Origin: Lingula anatina
Taxonomy: Eukaryota; Animalia; Brachiopoda
Length of the DNA: 64,000 nt
NCBI GenBank assembly: GCA_051362555.1
Contig: CM120640.1
Span: 44,432,788-44,496,787 of the forward strand
Reading direction: 5' to 3'
The notes below the pieces were generated by a model, which saw only the letters and a program-made list of their open reading frames with translations, did no database searches and was not told the DNA's origin. The position numbers were made by a program, and so were the translations under genes. Positions 25,301-40,300 of this stretch are shown piece by piece (position 1 is the stretch's first letter; each line of letters starts with the position of its first letter).

Positions 25301-28300
25301 TGATGGCTCATAATAATAAGCACTTGGCATTTAACACTTGATAAAAAGGTGCATTACAAATGATATGAAATCATACAGTTATAAAATAAAAATGTTTTAA
25401 ATTCACTTGTCAAATAACAATCCAAGAAGCATTACTGAAAAGTGCATATTAGATAAAAAATAAAAAAATATATACTTGATAAATCTTGAAAATTAATACC
25501 AAATCAATATTAATTATTTGTCATTTAGTTTGCTCTGATATTAATAACTAACATGCCATACAAACAAATTAAACTGTGCTCTGTATGTCAAACTCTGCTC
25601 ATTGAGTATGTGAAGATCAAATACCTCTGCTAAAAGGACATGGACAAACTGTATACAGAACACCAGTATTGCACTGAAGGGGTGCAAGAAGACACCTTTT
25701 TCCTCTGTCAGTGTGAACCAATCAAGGTAAAGACCAATTTCTTTATATTCATAAATTACACTGACCATCATGCTGAACATTATAGCTACATTTATTTATT
25801 TTTTTTTTTTGTAACAGGAAGAAATTGCAATTCCCTCCCTGTAATTTCATTACCATTTCAGAGAAACAATGACTTATCATTTTCCAAATAAAAAACTTTG
25901 AAACAAACTTGCTCCTACGAATAAGTACTATTTTACTGAAATGTAGAAATACCTGTGCTAGAAACAAAACTTCTACAAAGTGTGCAGCATATGAACACAG
26001 ATATACATTTGTGTATTCTGCAAGTTATATGACTATACATGTAACTGAACATTGAAAATAAATGCATGGAACAGAAGTCGTTAGCTTAATACATTGGCAA
26101 ATATTCAAAAGCATGCTTAAAATAAAGTAGACCTGTACAGATTATTTCTACATGTAAGTACTTTGAAAACATCAAACATACACTCGAAAGCTCCTTTCCC
26201 AAAGACACCTTTGTTTTTTTTACAGATGGACCCAAATCTGCTGAGACTCTTGCTGTCTGCAATCAGCTTAATTGAATAACAGCTGGCGATTATACGAGTA
26301 AGTGGGAAACAAGAGGTGGTATGTCATTCAGTTAAGCTTATTGCACTGACAGTCCCCACAGAGTTGGGTTGATCCATGTAGACCGATTGTGTCTATAGGA
26401 ATGGGGTCTAAGTGTCAAGCAAAAAGGTAGGCATGAGATTAACAAATGGGCAAATTGACTAAAAGTATTTGACACAGTAAACTTAACCACTGTGTGCAAT
26501 GGGCTTTGGAGAGTAAACGTGTGTTACAGTGTAGTTATTCAAAAAATTAGAAAAACCTCATGCTCAAAGTATAGGAAAAAGGAAGTATAGTTGACATGCC
26601 ATAAAATTCAAATCAAAACTTATAAATCATTTCAAAACACTCTCTCTGTTGGCAGGCATTCTCATGTCCAAAAATGCTGTCCACAACTCCTCAGTACACT
26701 TCGCCTGCATCAGAACAACACAACAATGAGAACACATCTACAGACTCAGAGATACCTTCTCAAGTGCCGGGCATTGACCGGCATCAAATCATTTACAACT
26801 TTTTGTTCTTGCTCTGGATAGCCATCGCTAGCAGACCTATTATGATTCCTGCTGTTAAATGAAGGAATGTTAGGGAGAAATCATTCAAAAGCAACTTACA
26901 AAACAAAGTGGTGATTGAAAAATGGTTGGTTGTAAAAACACTGATCTAGAGTCTCTCTTTCCTTCAGATGATTAACCAAAGTTTCTTTTGCAAGGTGGAA
27001 GGCTGTCATTCTTGCTAAAGTTACATGTAATAGTGGATTTTTTCTCTATCCACCCTCTCCAATAATCAAGTAAGTAGGAAAGAGAAACTAAGATTAGCAG
27101 TTTATGGTCACTAACAACTGAAAGCAGTGTTAAACTGGTGTAGCAATATGAATTAAATAAAACTAACAAATATTTGAGCAAATTCAGACTACTTCATAGG
27201 TATGGGTACTAAGTATAATGCATGCATTGCACAAGTTAAATTCTATTTACTGGTTATTGATATAATAAGGTATCATGGGTAAAAAACATAAATGTTTTAA
27301 GGCATATAATGCATATCAGACCTTCATATAGCAAAAAAAAAATTTAATATCATTATTATTATTATTTTTTTTTTGGGGGGGGGTCAATTTTCCCTTTATT
27401 ACAAGATATAGTCTATCCAAAATCATTCAGAAAACTAGGATCTATAAGCCTGGTTTCGAGTTCTACATTTCTAATTTTTACCATCAGGTTTATGGATTAT
27501 TAATCTGAATCACTTTGGACATGGTACACCTTCAGCAAAAAGTATTAAAATTGACACAAATTAAATATTTGTTATATACAGGTCTAACACTCACTAAGTG
27601 CCTTTAAGCAATACACAAAAATCTGGGGTAAAAATCTGGCAAATATTAATATCTAACTGCTCTTTATAAGCCTGTAAGATATTGTTACTTTCACAACAAA
27701 TGAATAGAAATTGGATTTGTCACTATAAAAAAGCAAACAATGTATGAAAACATCAGTAAAATGTTAGCTGAAGCATGAAAGAAATATTGTGGGGATTGAA
27801 GAGGAAATTCTTTTTGTTGTGCAAGAAGGTTGTGTCAATTTTTTTCTGAGAAAATTCACACTTTTTTCTCAGGTAACATGATACTAAATATTTGCTGTAA
27901 ATGCATACATCAATGTTTGACAGTGTTTCAACCATGTAATGTGGCTTGTTGCACCAACCAAAAGAGAATTGCCTGTTGGGGAGGGGGGACCAGAACCTCA
28001 TCAATTACTTATCTAATTCTTTTTTACCTTATGGTCTCATCATCATGCATAGCTTCAAGTTTCATCTTGTTCCTTCTGTTACGATCTATGGCATCGAACA
28101 TATCCCTCAGCAAGTCCATCAGCACACCAAACTATAATGCACCCAGAGGGGCAGAGATTATCAACACATATCAGCACACCTAACACAATCAATACTAACT
28201 GGGAGCAATCAATCTTACAACAAAATGTTACACAACACTATTAGTTTCATTATGTGTAGCAGTCTTATACTGGGATAATGTGCTGTTTAATGAGACTCAC

Positions 28301-31300
28301 CTCTAAATATTGATATACAGTCAAATATATCTGTACAAAGCTTGTGATCTATTTTCCAAATTCTTAAGTTTAAATCACAATGCCAGCTAGAAGAAACATG
28401 CTGCATATACTTTGTCATCTACCATTACCCCAAAGTACACAAAACAATCAGAGAAATGGATTTGCAGGACTCTGAATCAATTAGGTATAGTGAGCTGCTA
28501 CACCACGATTTTGCCCATTTCGATCAGTAGATCTCTTTAAACCCACCTCTTCCATGGTTAGTAAGGCATTAGTTGTGTGCGGAAGAAGAGACGGCATCAC
28601 CTGCAGAGCCAGCAGAGCATGTGTCAGACCACAGCGCTTGTCTGTCATCATGTGGCGAAATATACCTGGATAACAAGAGTGAGAGTCACATATTAAAGAT
28701 TGATCTTTAGTTTTCTATTGTCATTCTCATTTTAATTCACTTTTTTTCTTCTCAAATGACTATAGAAAGGATACTTTGCTGTGATTGTAAATGGCATGAT
28801 ATGCTATCTATATAAAAATAATAAAGAAGCCATCATGTTGATGCATAATTAACAATCAGTAACATCTTTCCCCTTTTACAGTTAATATTTGCAAGTACCA
28901 TGTGAATAATAATACATTGTACTTCATATACTTCATATACTTCTTTGATAGTGGATAACAAAGATGTGTAAAATAGGAGATCAAAACAACCTGTATAAAT
29001 ATCCACTTTAGAATTCTTATTCTAATTCACCTGTTATTGCCATGACTATTTCTGGATCTTCTGGTTCTATCTTTGTTAGGAATGGTATCACATTATCAGA
29101 TATTACTGACTTGTCCATACGGTCAAGTAACCTATCTATACACATCAAGGCATTCATCTTCACCTGAAAGGATACTTCCTCCTGTTATTTGTGTCTATCA
29201 TCCATTATGAATTTAGGAATTGGTGTATTCCTGCTACAAGTAGGCTAAAAGTTACAATGAAAGTCATTCTATGGCAAATATCTTAATTTTTTTCAAATGC
29301 AAAAAAAAAAAGCCTGTCAGTTACATTGTGTGCATTGAGGTTATGACCAAATATAGGTACCTTTAATTAGAATATGATATCAACTGTATTTATCTAGGAA
29401 TGAAAACAGAGTTCATGAAACAAACTGGTTTTATCACCAAACAAATCTTCTATCAAAATCCAATATATTTTCCCTCTGAACACAGAATAAAAAAATCAAT
29501 GGAGCACTTGCGCTTGCTGTTCAACTTGCCTTGACATTATTTGCATTGTTGAAGATTGCCTTTGCTCTGGGTAATACCATCTTCTTAATAGAATCCTCGT
29601 CCAGATGTTGCTTTATAGCACCTAGGGCATTCATGGCTGCCTCCTAGGGACAAATTGCACAAGAAAACTGGCATGAAAAACTTAAGCCATGTTTAAGACA
29701 CTGGTGTCTTTACCTTCTATTTTTTCTCGGAAAATGATATTTTATTATTTTAGTTTTGTCATCCACTAGAATAAGAAAACTGAGAGAAAATTGTAAAAAT
29801 GTTTGCTGGAAGCAATGCATTAGATGGCTTAAACTGGTTTATACGAAAATAATGTTTTTTTCTTTTTTTATTTGTGTGTATGAAAGTGTGGTGTGTGAAA
29901 ACGATCTAAAAGCACAAATTGCATTTAGTGGATCCATTAAACACACATGCCACAATACCATGTAAGGAAGCTGAGCTGATGTTATCATATTTGCCCCAAT
30001 TTAATATTTGATTAGTTGAGTGCTAACAGATGTACAAGTATTAAAATATTTACTCCACTCAGTATATTTGGTAAACATAAAATACCACTGATACAGAATC
30101 AGGTAAGCTACAGTATCAATCGTATATAATCTAATTATAAAAATTAACACCCATACTTGGAGTGATCCAAATGTTGTATATTACTTCCTTTTTTTCAAGT
30201 TAGTGTTTTGGTTTCCCATTGTTATTACTGGTTATTTCTTAAATATACTGTTACAATTAATATGCAGTTGACTTAAATGTACAAAAAAATTGAAAAATAG
30301 CAATAAACAACTTCTTTGTTATTTTTCCTTATGTTGGTATTGCCTAGTATAATATATCAAGTACAAATTCTGTGTGCACCTAACAATGTACTCCATAACC
30401 AAGCTGATATGAGGAAACAATTCATAAATATCACATCATAAAATGGGAAATATATTTGTTATGGATGAGAAAGAGCTTCCCTCTATTTCAGTATAAACCT
30501 GTAAGCAGCTCTACATGAATCATAAGGTGTAATAAATAAGAAAATGTACAGACCTTGGAGCAAAAAGTGAACAGCAAGAAGAATCTATAAGTATTAGATA
30601 AATAATGCAGAACATATTCAGCACTCCTGATAAAGAATTGGAAGCACTTGAATGTACAACTTACCCTTGCTAAAGAATTGTTGGAGTCCAGAGTGTTATA
30701 GAGAATTGGAAGCACTTGTATTTTATGAGCCTCCACGGGAGTTTTGAACAATATTATGTCCAACTTTTCCAGCAAGGCTATGGTAACCTAAAATGGAAAT
30801 TTTAAATGTATCAGCATTTGGCTTACATTTTATGAAACCAATTGCAAATATCTACTTGAATCTTATATTTATGTTATCATTTTTCTTATGGGTATTTCCA
30901 TTAATGTCAACATACTCTTATTGTCTAGGTAAACAACAAATATGGAAATAACACGGGCACTGAAAAAATGTTTCGAATATTCAATGATATTGGTACATTA
31001 AAATGTACAAATGTACCTTATATCTTGCTCACATGTGACTCTAAATTTTCTCCTTCATATTCATTTGTACTGGAATATGTACATTATCACATTTCTCAAT
31101 CAGTTAGATTACTCACTAGGGCATTTTTGGGCATTGCCAGCAATTTATTGATCTCTGTCATCAGCTTTAACCTGTATTCCTCTCTAGATGCATTTTGTAC
31201 AATAGCAATGAGCGGTGGGATGACGTGGACTAGCTTGTCACTCTCTGTGTACAGCTCATCCCTGATGAAGGGGAAGACATGTTGGTACAAAATTTTCTGG

Positions 31301-34300
31301 AAATATAAAAAAAACAAGGTTTATTTTATCAAGGATTACAGCTGGGCGCCCATTTCAGTTCAATATTTATTCAGTCTGTAACTTGGATTACATTTGTTCT
31401 AGACATATCTTTGGATATTTTTTTCTGTCTCTGGCTTAAATATCACATCCTAAGAAAATTAAATAATTTTGCATGGTTTCAAAAACAACTGAGAGCTAAG
31501 TCACAGTCACAGATTATGACCATATAATAAAGTACAAGATTCCATATTTTAAATATGCAGCAATGGTTGATACTGCATAATATAGGTGAGCCTCCCAGAG
31601 CATGATGCACAAAGACAGCATCAGATTAGATAAGCACAGTAATAATGATACAATTTACTGCCTGTTACATCACAAAAGACGTGACTGGTAAGTAATGACA
31701 TGCATTTATTTACACATGGAATGAAGATTTTTTTCTTTTTCATCCAGGGTAACCATTATGCTTACAGCACAGTAGGCATTCTAAGCCACTTCTGAATCTG
31801 TCTGTTTCTCCCAACAGCTTCGGGTATAGACATGGCATATTGAAATTTTTTGTGAGACATTTTGAAAATGGTTTGAAAAATATACAAGTTGTGAACCACA
31901 AAAAATAATAAAATGAAATAAAATTTGGGCAGGCAAGGATTTTATGGATTGGTAAAGTGACAGAAAATATACTGCCAATGGTGGCCTTTTAATTCCAACA
32001 TAGTACTTGTTATAGAGGATATTGAGGCCTGCAGTTACTGCAATGAAACAGCTACTAAAGACCTATGCACCTGTACTTACTTTAGGAATCTTTGGTATTG
32101 TGTCAACTAAAGTTTTTGTGTAGAATGTTGTAACTTCTCCAGCATCTTTCTGTGGCAGACTGTCCAAGAAGCTTAAGCAGGATACAACAGAGTCGCTGAA
32201 GAACTTCAACTAAAAGAGAACAAATGTTGTTTGAGTCTTTTAAATAATTATGTGACAGTTATTGATAAAGGTATTAGTCTTTATGCTATTTTTTAAAAAA
32301 TCCTAGCCAAAAAACATTGCCTGTACTGAAAATTAAAGTGACAATTGCCAAATAACAGGAACATTATTTGTTGCTATGTGATACATTACTAAACATAATT
32401 ATCAATCCTTTAACGTGACAAATTAAAGCATCGCTCCTTCAAGTTAACTTCACATTAATTATCTTGACATTTTGCATTAATTTTATATCCAAGGTCCATC
32501 ATGGTCAATTTAGAGTAAACAGATGCATTACATAGTACCCCATCCTTAATAAATCAACCATTACCCATTTGTACAAGAAATAATGTACTTGAATCAATAT
32601 CTTAATGAATGACGGATCATAAACACATGTACCAAGGAGAAGAGTCTTGCTGTTGGCCTGTATCTAATGTCTCTATTAATCATCTTCTCCACTGGTTCTA
32701 CCAACTGGATTGGGAGTTTGCTGGCAGCATCACCAAATGAGATGGACAGCTGGAATCACCATACATGCACCACATATTATATACACGTATATTTTAGTAA
32801 CCTCAATATTTTAAAGTAAATAAATAATAACACTAATTATACATATATTCCAAAAAACTATTTTCAAGGGTCATCTTAATGAATATCATTTTCAGCACTA
32901 CTTCAAAAGGGAATTTAAGGCGACCTGCTAAAGTAAAAAGTCAGACGACAATGTTCCCGCATTGGAAAGGGCATATTGAAATCATGTTGTTTAAATTCAT
33001 ACGCTATCAATTACATCTTATATTTGTAAGAAATCTTCATCTGAAAAAGATCCAAAAATGCCATTTAGTTAAAAAAAGATTTCTCTACTAGTAGTCAAAA
33101 ACACTGTTTGAAATGTTATTTTTAACCAAATATCTAATAACAGAAACCCTGTGACACTGTAGTATGGGTAAAGTGGGGATCTATAACATTAGATGCTCCC
33201 AAAGGTACTAAAAACAATCACTAAATGCAAAGTTAAACATGATTCTGCCATTTGAGTTACTTTTCCAGCCAATTATGACAGCCTTTTGCTTAAGCATTTT
33301 GGTCGTGGGTTCTTGCAAATATCCATGTCATTCTTACCAGTTGTATTCCTTTGGTATACTCTGCGGGGTTGTACATGGAATTCACCAGGGACCTGCCTCC
33401 ATTATGGATGGCACATATGGTGATCCCCATGGAGTACATATCACTGACATAAAAACATCTCTTGTCCACCTGAACCTCAGGGGCAATGTAATCTAGGTCC
33501 GGTTGCACCATTTTTGAAGCTTTATTGGTCCAGGGATTGGCCATAAAAGATTCCTGCAGTGAAAAAAAAAGTGAGGGGGACTGCAATAATTAAGAGATTG
33601 TTATAGCATTTGCTCTTAAAGAAGTTAAAAGTTGGTCTTGGCTTTAAGACCAAATATCACAGTTTACTCTGATCCAGGATAAAACTTTGATTCTTAACTT
33701 ATAAACAAAATGTAGCTGGCTGTCTCTGAATCAAGTCACAAAGTCACAAATGTAGCTGAATCAAGTCACAAAGTCACATAAAAATCTTTGGCCATTCTAT
33801 ATAAATTTCATCAGTATTATACAGGATTCAGGTCTATTGATGTTTTTTTTTTTTTTTTTTTTTTTTACTAGTAGAAAGATTAGCCACGGGATACCTTGAA
33901 TAATATGGAAAAATAAAAGTCAAAAATGCAGGCATGTGGCTAGTTTAGTTGAGGGCATATTCTTGTAGATTTGATGCATTTGCTTCCTGCTATGTTGCTT
34001 ACGGCAAAATTATGCTTTGAAACCCAGTGGTTCTTGAATGAACAGCAAATGACGCCTGAAACTGTCGGTAAATAAAGTTTAAGTGTATTGCAGGCTGCAA
34101 ATGTCACAGGAGCAATTTTCACGCACTTTCAGTACACATCCTTTTTGCTCAAGTTTTATACAAGCTCTGAACAGTTCAAATTAATTGAATCTCATCAAAT
34201 TTAAAGTAATGTGTGTCAGTGCTTCTCCCCAAAAAAAAAAAAAAAAAAACTAGATAATGGCTATAATGTGAAAAATCTCCTGTCAAATTACATCTTGGCA

Positions 34301-37300
34301 ATCCATGTTGGTGCTCTTTTGATGTTCTATTCCCAGGTGCAATTGCTGATCACGTAAACTAACATACAACATTAAGTTTGTTATTGCTTAAACATTTATC
34401 ATGCAATTCACAGCATTGCAAACTGACTGCCAGAAGTACAGGGTGATTCCAAAATAGTATACCACCAAGTTAAATACAAAGTCTAGTAGAACCTAGCTGT
34501 GCCTTTACATGGAATCTATTCAAGACTTTATAGGTATGATTATATTTCACTAATATCAATGTCAAATGCGTGATGAGGATTTTTTTCTCTTTAATGCATG
34601 TAACTATATATTTAAAATCTATATAACTATATATGCACCTTCCCATCCCTGGCCACTTGGAGGAAGCCCATTCCTGCAAGTTTCCATGCTCCCCTCTTGC
34701 TGATCAGTATAGAAGATGGACAGACATTTCCATGCAGGCACGTCTCTGTGTTGTGGAGGTAGGATAAGGCTTCAGTTATCTGGAAAAATGTGGAAGCTAA
34801 GTAACAAAGTTGATCTTATTTACAGTCAAGTCCCAAAGTGCAATAAAAGTTACAGGGAATTAACCGTAGATGGCATTGACCTTTTTATTTGCTAACTGTT
34901 AGTTTGGTAAGGTTGACATGCTTTCAGAGGTACCAATATCGATGGAATCAAAATACTTGAGCTAGCAGTTCAATTGCATAAAAAAAATTGTTTTCATCAA
35001 AAATCCCCCATTTTAATAAATTTAATTCAATATTAGATTGACATAACTGAAAAAATGGCTGGCATGCAAAGATTTATCTATGATAACACCATCAACCTCT
35101 CATAAGCCTCAGAATAAAATGTTCCTTAAAATTTCTATCAAAAATAAAAATACTAGGCACTTAGTTTCAATAAACTTACATAATGTTACATTAATGTAAT
35201 TAAATTATTTCTTAACATAAATATTAATAAAAACCAGCAATTGTGGTTATGTAAGCTCCATCTGAGAAACTAATTGAAGAAAAAAAAACAACGAACATCA
35301 ATATTAGTTCTGTAATTAAGCATTTGCAGTGCTGCCATTAATACTGATCAAAAACTGGTTCCCAGCTGTTCCAAGACATGTTAAGCATATAAGTGTACAT
35401 GTGACACATAGTGTTCTGTGTGAGGAAATAACAGCTACAATAGTGACAAGAAAAATGGTACTTATCAGTCAGAGAGGCAGCAGACAGATAATGTGAAAAG
35501 TGTTTACATATGAATGTAAAAGAAATGATTTGTATGGTTGCATATTTGTTTTATTGAAAGACACAAATTAGTGACTGTGTAAATGAGTGTCTTTATGACC
35601 AAGGTTGTGAACAAACAAAAAGAGAGAAATCTATTCCGTTGTAACATGGTAGCAATAATATTATAACACATGAAAACAGAGGAACTGATATTTATAAAAA
35701 GCAATGAATATATATTTAAATGTGAACTTAATAACAGTTGTCTTGTATTCCATACAGTGTGTTTTATACCAATTTCTTATTCTTTAATTCATAAAATTAA
35801 ATTGAGTTTCAATAACGTAAAAATGACAAAATCGTTTTGTACTAAAATAACGTACGTCATGTTGATTGCATGTAATCATGTGAGGTCCATCAAATGTTGT
35901 CAAGCAATAAAACTGATTTGATACATGCAATACGTAAACGTAGGTTGTATATGACAGAACATGACTTTCTTTTCCAGCATTACATATATGGCTATACTTA
36001 TGTCACATAGGACAGTGGATATAAAAGAATTTTATTTTGTTGTGACATTTTTTTGACTAGCATGGACTAAATGTCTTTTGTTCAAGGATATTGTAACCCT
36101 TTATAATCATCCAGATACCCAAAATGAGATTTTTTCCTTCATCTAATTATTCAGTAATACAACTACTTTAGCACTGATTTAAAACAATTAAAAACTCGAA
36201 AATAAGAAATATCGGCATTTATATTTCTTGTTGCAATGTATAAGTATAAGCAACTCAAAGCTTTAATAATCAATTTAACACCTTTCTATTTTAAAGTGAG
36301 ATAGTAATCGGTATGGGGAATAACTTCATCCCTAACAAGATTTTATCACAAAAATTGGTAGAGTTGACCAAGAGTGTATGGGCTTCAATCCTGTGCTGTC
36401 ATTTTGGTTTAAATGTTTTTGTTATGAAGTTATGAGCCCTTATTTACAGATTTTCATTAAATAAAGACATTATTTTGCTTTATCAATGATAAAATCTTAA
36501 CCAAGACTTCTAAAAAAATCGTCGGCAGGGTTTTGGAGTACTAAATGGTATCATTAAATCGGCACTGAAATAGTGATCATGGGTGCTCAGGTAAAGGAGA
36601 CATTTGAGAAACTTATTTTTCAGTTTTTGTCCCAAAATTGCAATTATGATGTCACCCATAAGATGACATATGTGTAAATGTTAATTAATTAAGTCAATGA
36701 ACACTGAAGATTTATCTATTACCCAAAAGAATGTACCATATGTAAGAAGTAAATAAGGAGTTTTGGGCAAAGGGTGACAATGCCCCTAAACCACATGCTT
36801 TCAAACTACATGCAAAGGAACCCAATTGGTTTTTGGCCTGGAAGTGCATATGAAACCATTGAGATAGAAATCAAATTACAGTGATTATACATTACAATAG
36901 CCTGACAAGTTACTCAGTCATCTTATCTTAAGATCATATAATCACCTTGGTTTCATCACAATTCTCATTTGATTCATGTGATAAAATTGCACATGCTGAG
37001 TTCTGCTGCAGTGCCATCTGGGTGGGATTATTCCATTCAAATATTTTTGCACAACCATAAGAGACCACTATGAAACAAATACCGTCTTCTTCCCTATTAT
37101 ATTTACATAACAGCACAATTAGTAAAATTGCAAATATCAATGAAGGCATTTGTTTTAGTCTATACTATTGTTCATGCACACACTCACATATTGACAGAAA
37201 ACATGTACACTTACTTGTAAGATTCCATACTTAATCTCCATTTCATGAAAGGCAAAATCCTGGAAATATGTTCAAAAGGAAATTTTAAGTCTATCATATA

Positions 37301-40300
37301 AATGATTACATTTATCATCATAAATGCAAAATCTGGCATTTATTGAAAAATAATATTTTTGCTGTCCAAACTACCAGTGATATTGGTTAACTTGTTTTGA
37401 GCAACCAAAAATTGGACAAGAGAATGCAGGCTTTGTTTTTATGGCACACATGCCCTATCAAAGAATGGCAAAACCAATACTTTTAAAAGTGCAAACAGTG
37501 AGAGCCAAATATAGTCTTGCAAATGAAATATCACAATTTTATTATATTAGCTAACAAAGATCGTCTGTAGACAATTTCTGATCAATTGTGTTATGTTTAT
37601 AATATCCATTAAACCATCCAAGCAGTGACAAACACAGCAATGCTATGAAGAATTGCCCATTTTCTGCCATATAAGGCGCCTCACTACAATAGTTTGAAGA
37701 GCTAAGCACGTGCCAAATAGCTTTTCAAATGGAACATTACAGTGAGTTCTCAGTACATCTCCTAACGGATTCCTCTTCAGACAATGAATAGGTCTTTAAA
37801 TTGCTTTCATATCCATGTTAGGGACCCCAGAGGGTAAAATAAAACCCATATAAGAAAAATTAAAGTAAAGCACGCTATTTCAACTAGACGCATACATTAA
37901 TGTACATTATCAGATCAATAATGTATCATTGGGCAAGCTGGTCACCAGCGCTCCCAATCAGTGCCATTTTTGATTTGCAGTGAGGCCAAAGAAGTCCAAC
38001 TTTAATGCAGGCTACTTTCGTAACCTGAAACAAAAATGTTGTCTACCTGTGTTTATCATATGCATGCATGCAAATGAGCAAGCCACAGCAGATCAGGTTT
38101 AACAGGGTTCTGTACATTAGAATTTTATTCCCTTTTCCACTTAAATAATGTGGGATTAACATAGCCGTGTTATGGGATAATGTTGTCACATCAAAAATAC
38201 ATTAGGCTGAATTTGCAGCTGATGACATAACAGCAGCATTTTTGGTGTAAAATCTATAATAATGCCCTTGCCTGGGCCCGTAACTCGAAAGCATCGTGCA
38301 CTGCAACTGAAAGCAAGCGTCTCGATTCCATAACTCGCTCATACTCACACCATTTAATACATTGTAGCCTCTATGTGATATCGCTATTCGCAATATGCGA
38401 TGCTTTCGAGTTACGGGGCCCTGAACAGCTATCATTGTCATTTAAACATAACAGCATATTCATTTTTTAATTTTCTTGCCTTAAGCCATTGTGCTAAAAG
38501 TAGTAAGGAAAGGGAAAATTATCTGCATGACTGACTTTCTTTGGACAAACCAGGGTATTTTCATAAAGAAATATGAGTGCAGGTACAAAATTACACACAA
38601 AACCAGACAGCACTTATCACTTTGTAGGGCATATTAGTCACTCACTGTAAGAAACCTTTCAAAAGTCAGGTTTAGCTCGTCACGAGAAATACAGACACTA
38701 TAATTATATATATTTCTCCCATGCAAAGCTTCTTGCAGAGGAGGATATAATGGTTAATAACAGACATTATCATCTAGACATTTCTCTCCCATTTCTATAA
38801 GTCTCCACTGACAACAGCATGGCCGTACAAAACCAGATTTACAAAATAGCCATTTAATGTGCTTTCAGTCTTATTCATAAGGATCATAATGGGTTGTGTC
38901 AGTTTGAAGCACTGTCAACAACGTAGAATTGTGCCAAAGGGTGATTTATACATACTATAAAATGGAGTCCTTGGCATATGAATCTCATGAATTTAAACAA
39001 TTAGGTTCCCGTTAGCCAGTCTTCTTCACAGTTGACCATGCATACATCATCAAGGGACTTTATTACTTTGAAACACTGTTATCAGTCTTGCTGGGGATGG
39101 ATCTATATTATTTTGGATAAGAACCATTATGGCTCATAAAGAAGTGATTAATTTTGTATAATGGTGTAATTCAACATAACGGCTTAAGGCTTTGCCAAAA
39201 ATAAAAATAAATACATTGCTGCTTTCTATATTTAAAGTTGTGATGAACTTAAAATAAACATTTACTCATGTTACTTCATTTTTGTTTGGAGACCACAATT
39301 AATCATCACTTATAATTAGTTTGTTGCCAGTTTCTAGTGATGATTGTTGCTTCGAATCAATTTACTTTAATTACTGTATTTACTTTATCTTTGGTTTTAA
39401 TAGTTATCATGACAGTATTTGCTATGACAGTATTACCAGTACAAGGTAGATGGGGCATATTAAGGCTAGACATTAAGTTTTAATTGCCTATGAAATCAGG
39501 AATTTTTACATTATTTTATCTTATAATTATCATGCATAGGTGCACCTTTGACAAATCCTGCTTAACACTTTTATTTGACAAACACCATAATTTGAATTTG
39601 TATGATTATGCTAGTATAATAACGACTTCCTTTTGAAAAGTGTGTAAATATTTCTGCAATGGTGGATTATAATATAATCTTATTTTCAGAAAATGTCCAG
39701 TATAATTATATCTAAAAAATATGATTAGCTTGTCAACTTCACATATTTAAGCATGTGCTTTATGAAATTTATCAATTTGACAGTTGTAATACATCACATT
39801 TTTGCAAAAATTTTATTTGAGACTTTTGAGACTTTTTGACTGAAAGTTTAGTTGCTGGCTATCTTATATAGATAGGTATAGTTGCTAATTAAATGTGTGT
39901 GTGTGTGTGTGGGGGGGGGGGTATGCCATGGACACTGGCAATTATTTCATAGATCAGCAACCAAGTCCACAAAGTATTTAAAAAAGAACAGGGGTTGACC
40001 TTTTCTTCAATACCAAAAGTTTTGTGTCAATCTCTTATGGGTACTTTAAAAGATCTTACTTTATGGGGATAACATATACTGCCCTATACTGCCGCCTCTC
40101 CTGGCCATGCAGTCAATCCAAGACTGCATTCCCATAAACCCATTGTACCAGCTGGATCGATTTAACTCTGTGGGGCTTCTCCTTTCAGTATAATCAGCCT
40201 AATTGTCTGGCACATCCCCTTGAGTTACTAGGGGGTGTTGAGTAGGCGTGCCAGACATTTAAGCCACTTACACTAATTGCAATTTAGCAAAAATCCGACA

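Noticed and set aside
26182-26256. Exon-shaped segment on minus (KSLSRFGSICKKNKGVFGKGAFE)
   Set aside because: Lies inside a MITE arm, and its phase does not fit the next exon (25261).
26750-26756. GTATCT donors at 26755 and 17170 as possible U12 sites
   Set aside because: They continue GTATCTCT/GTATCTCA, follow exonic AG as U2 donors do, and no TCCTTAAC branch site precedes the downstream acceptors.
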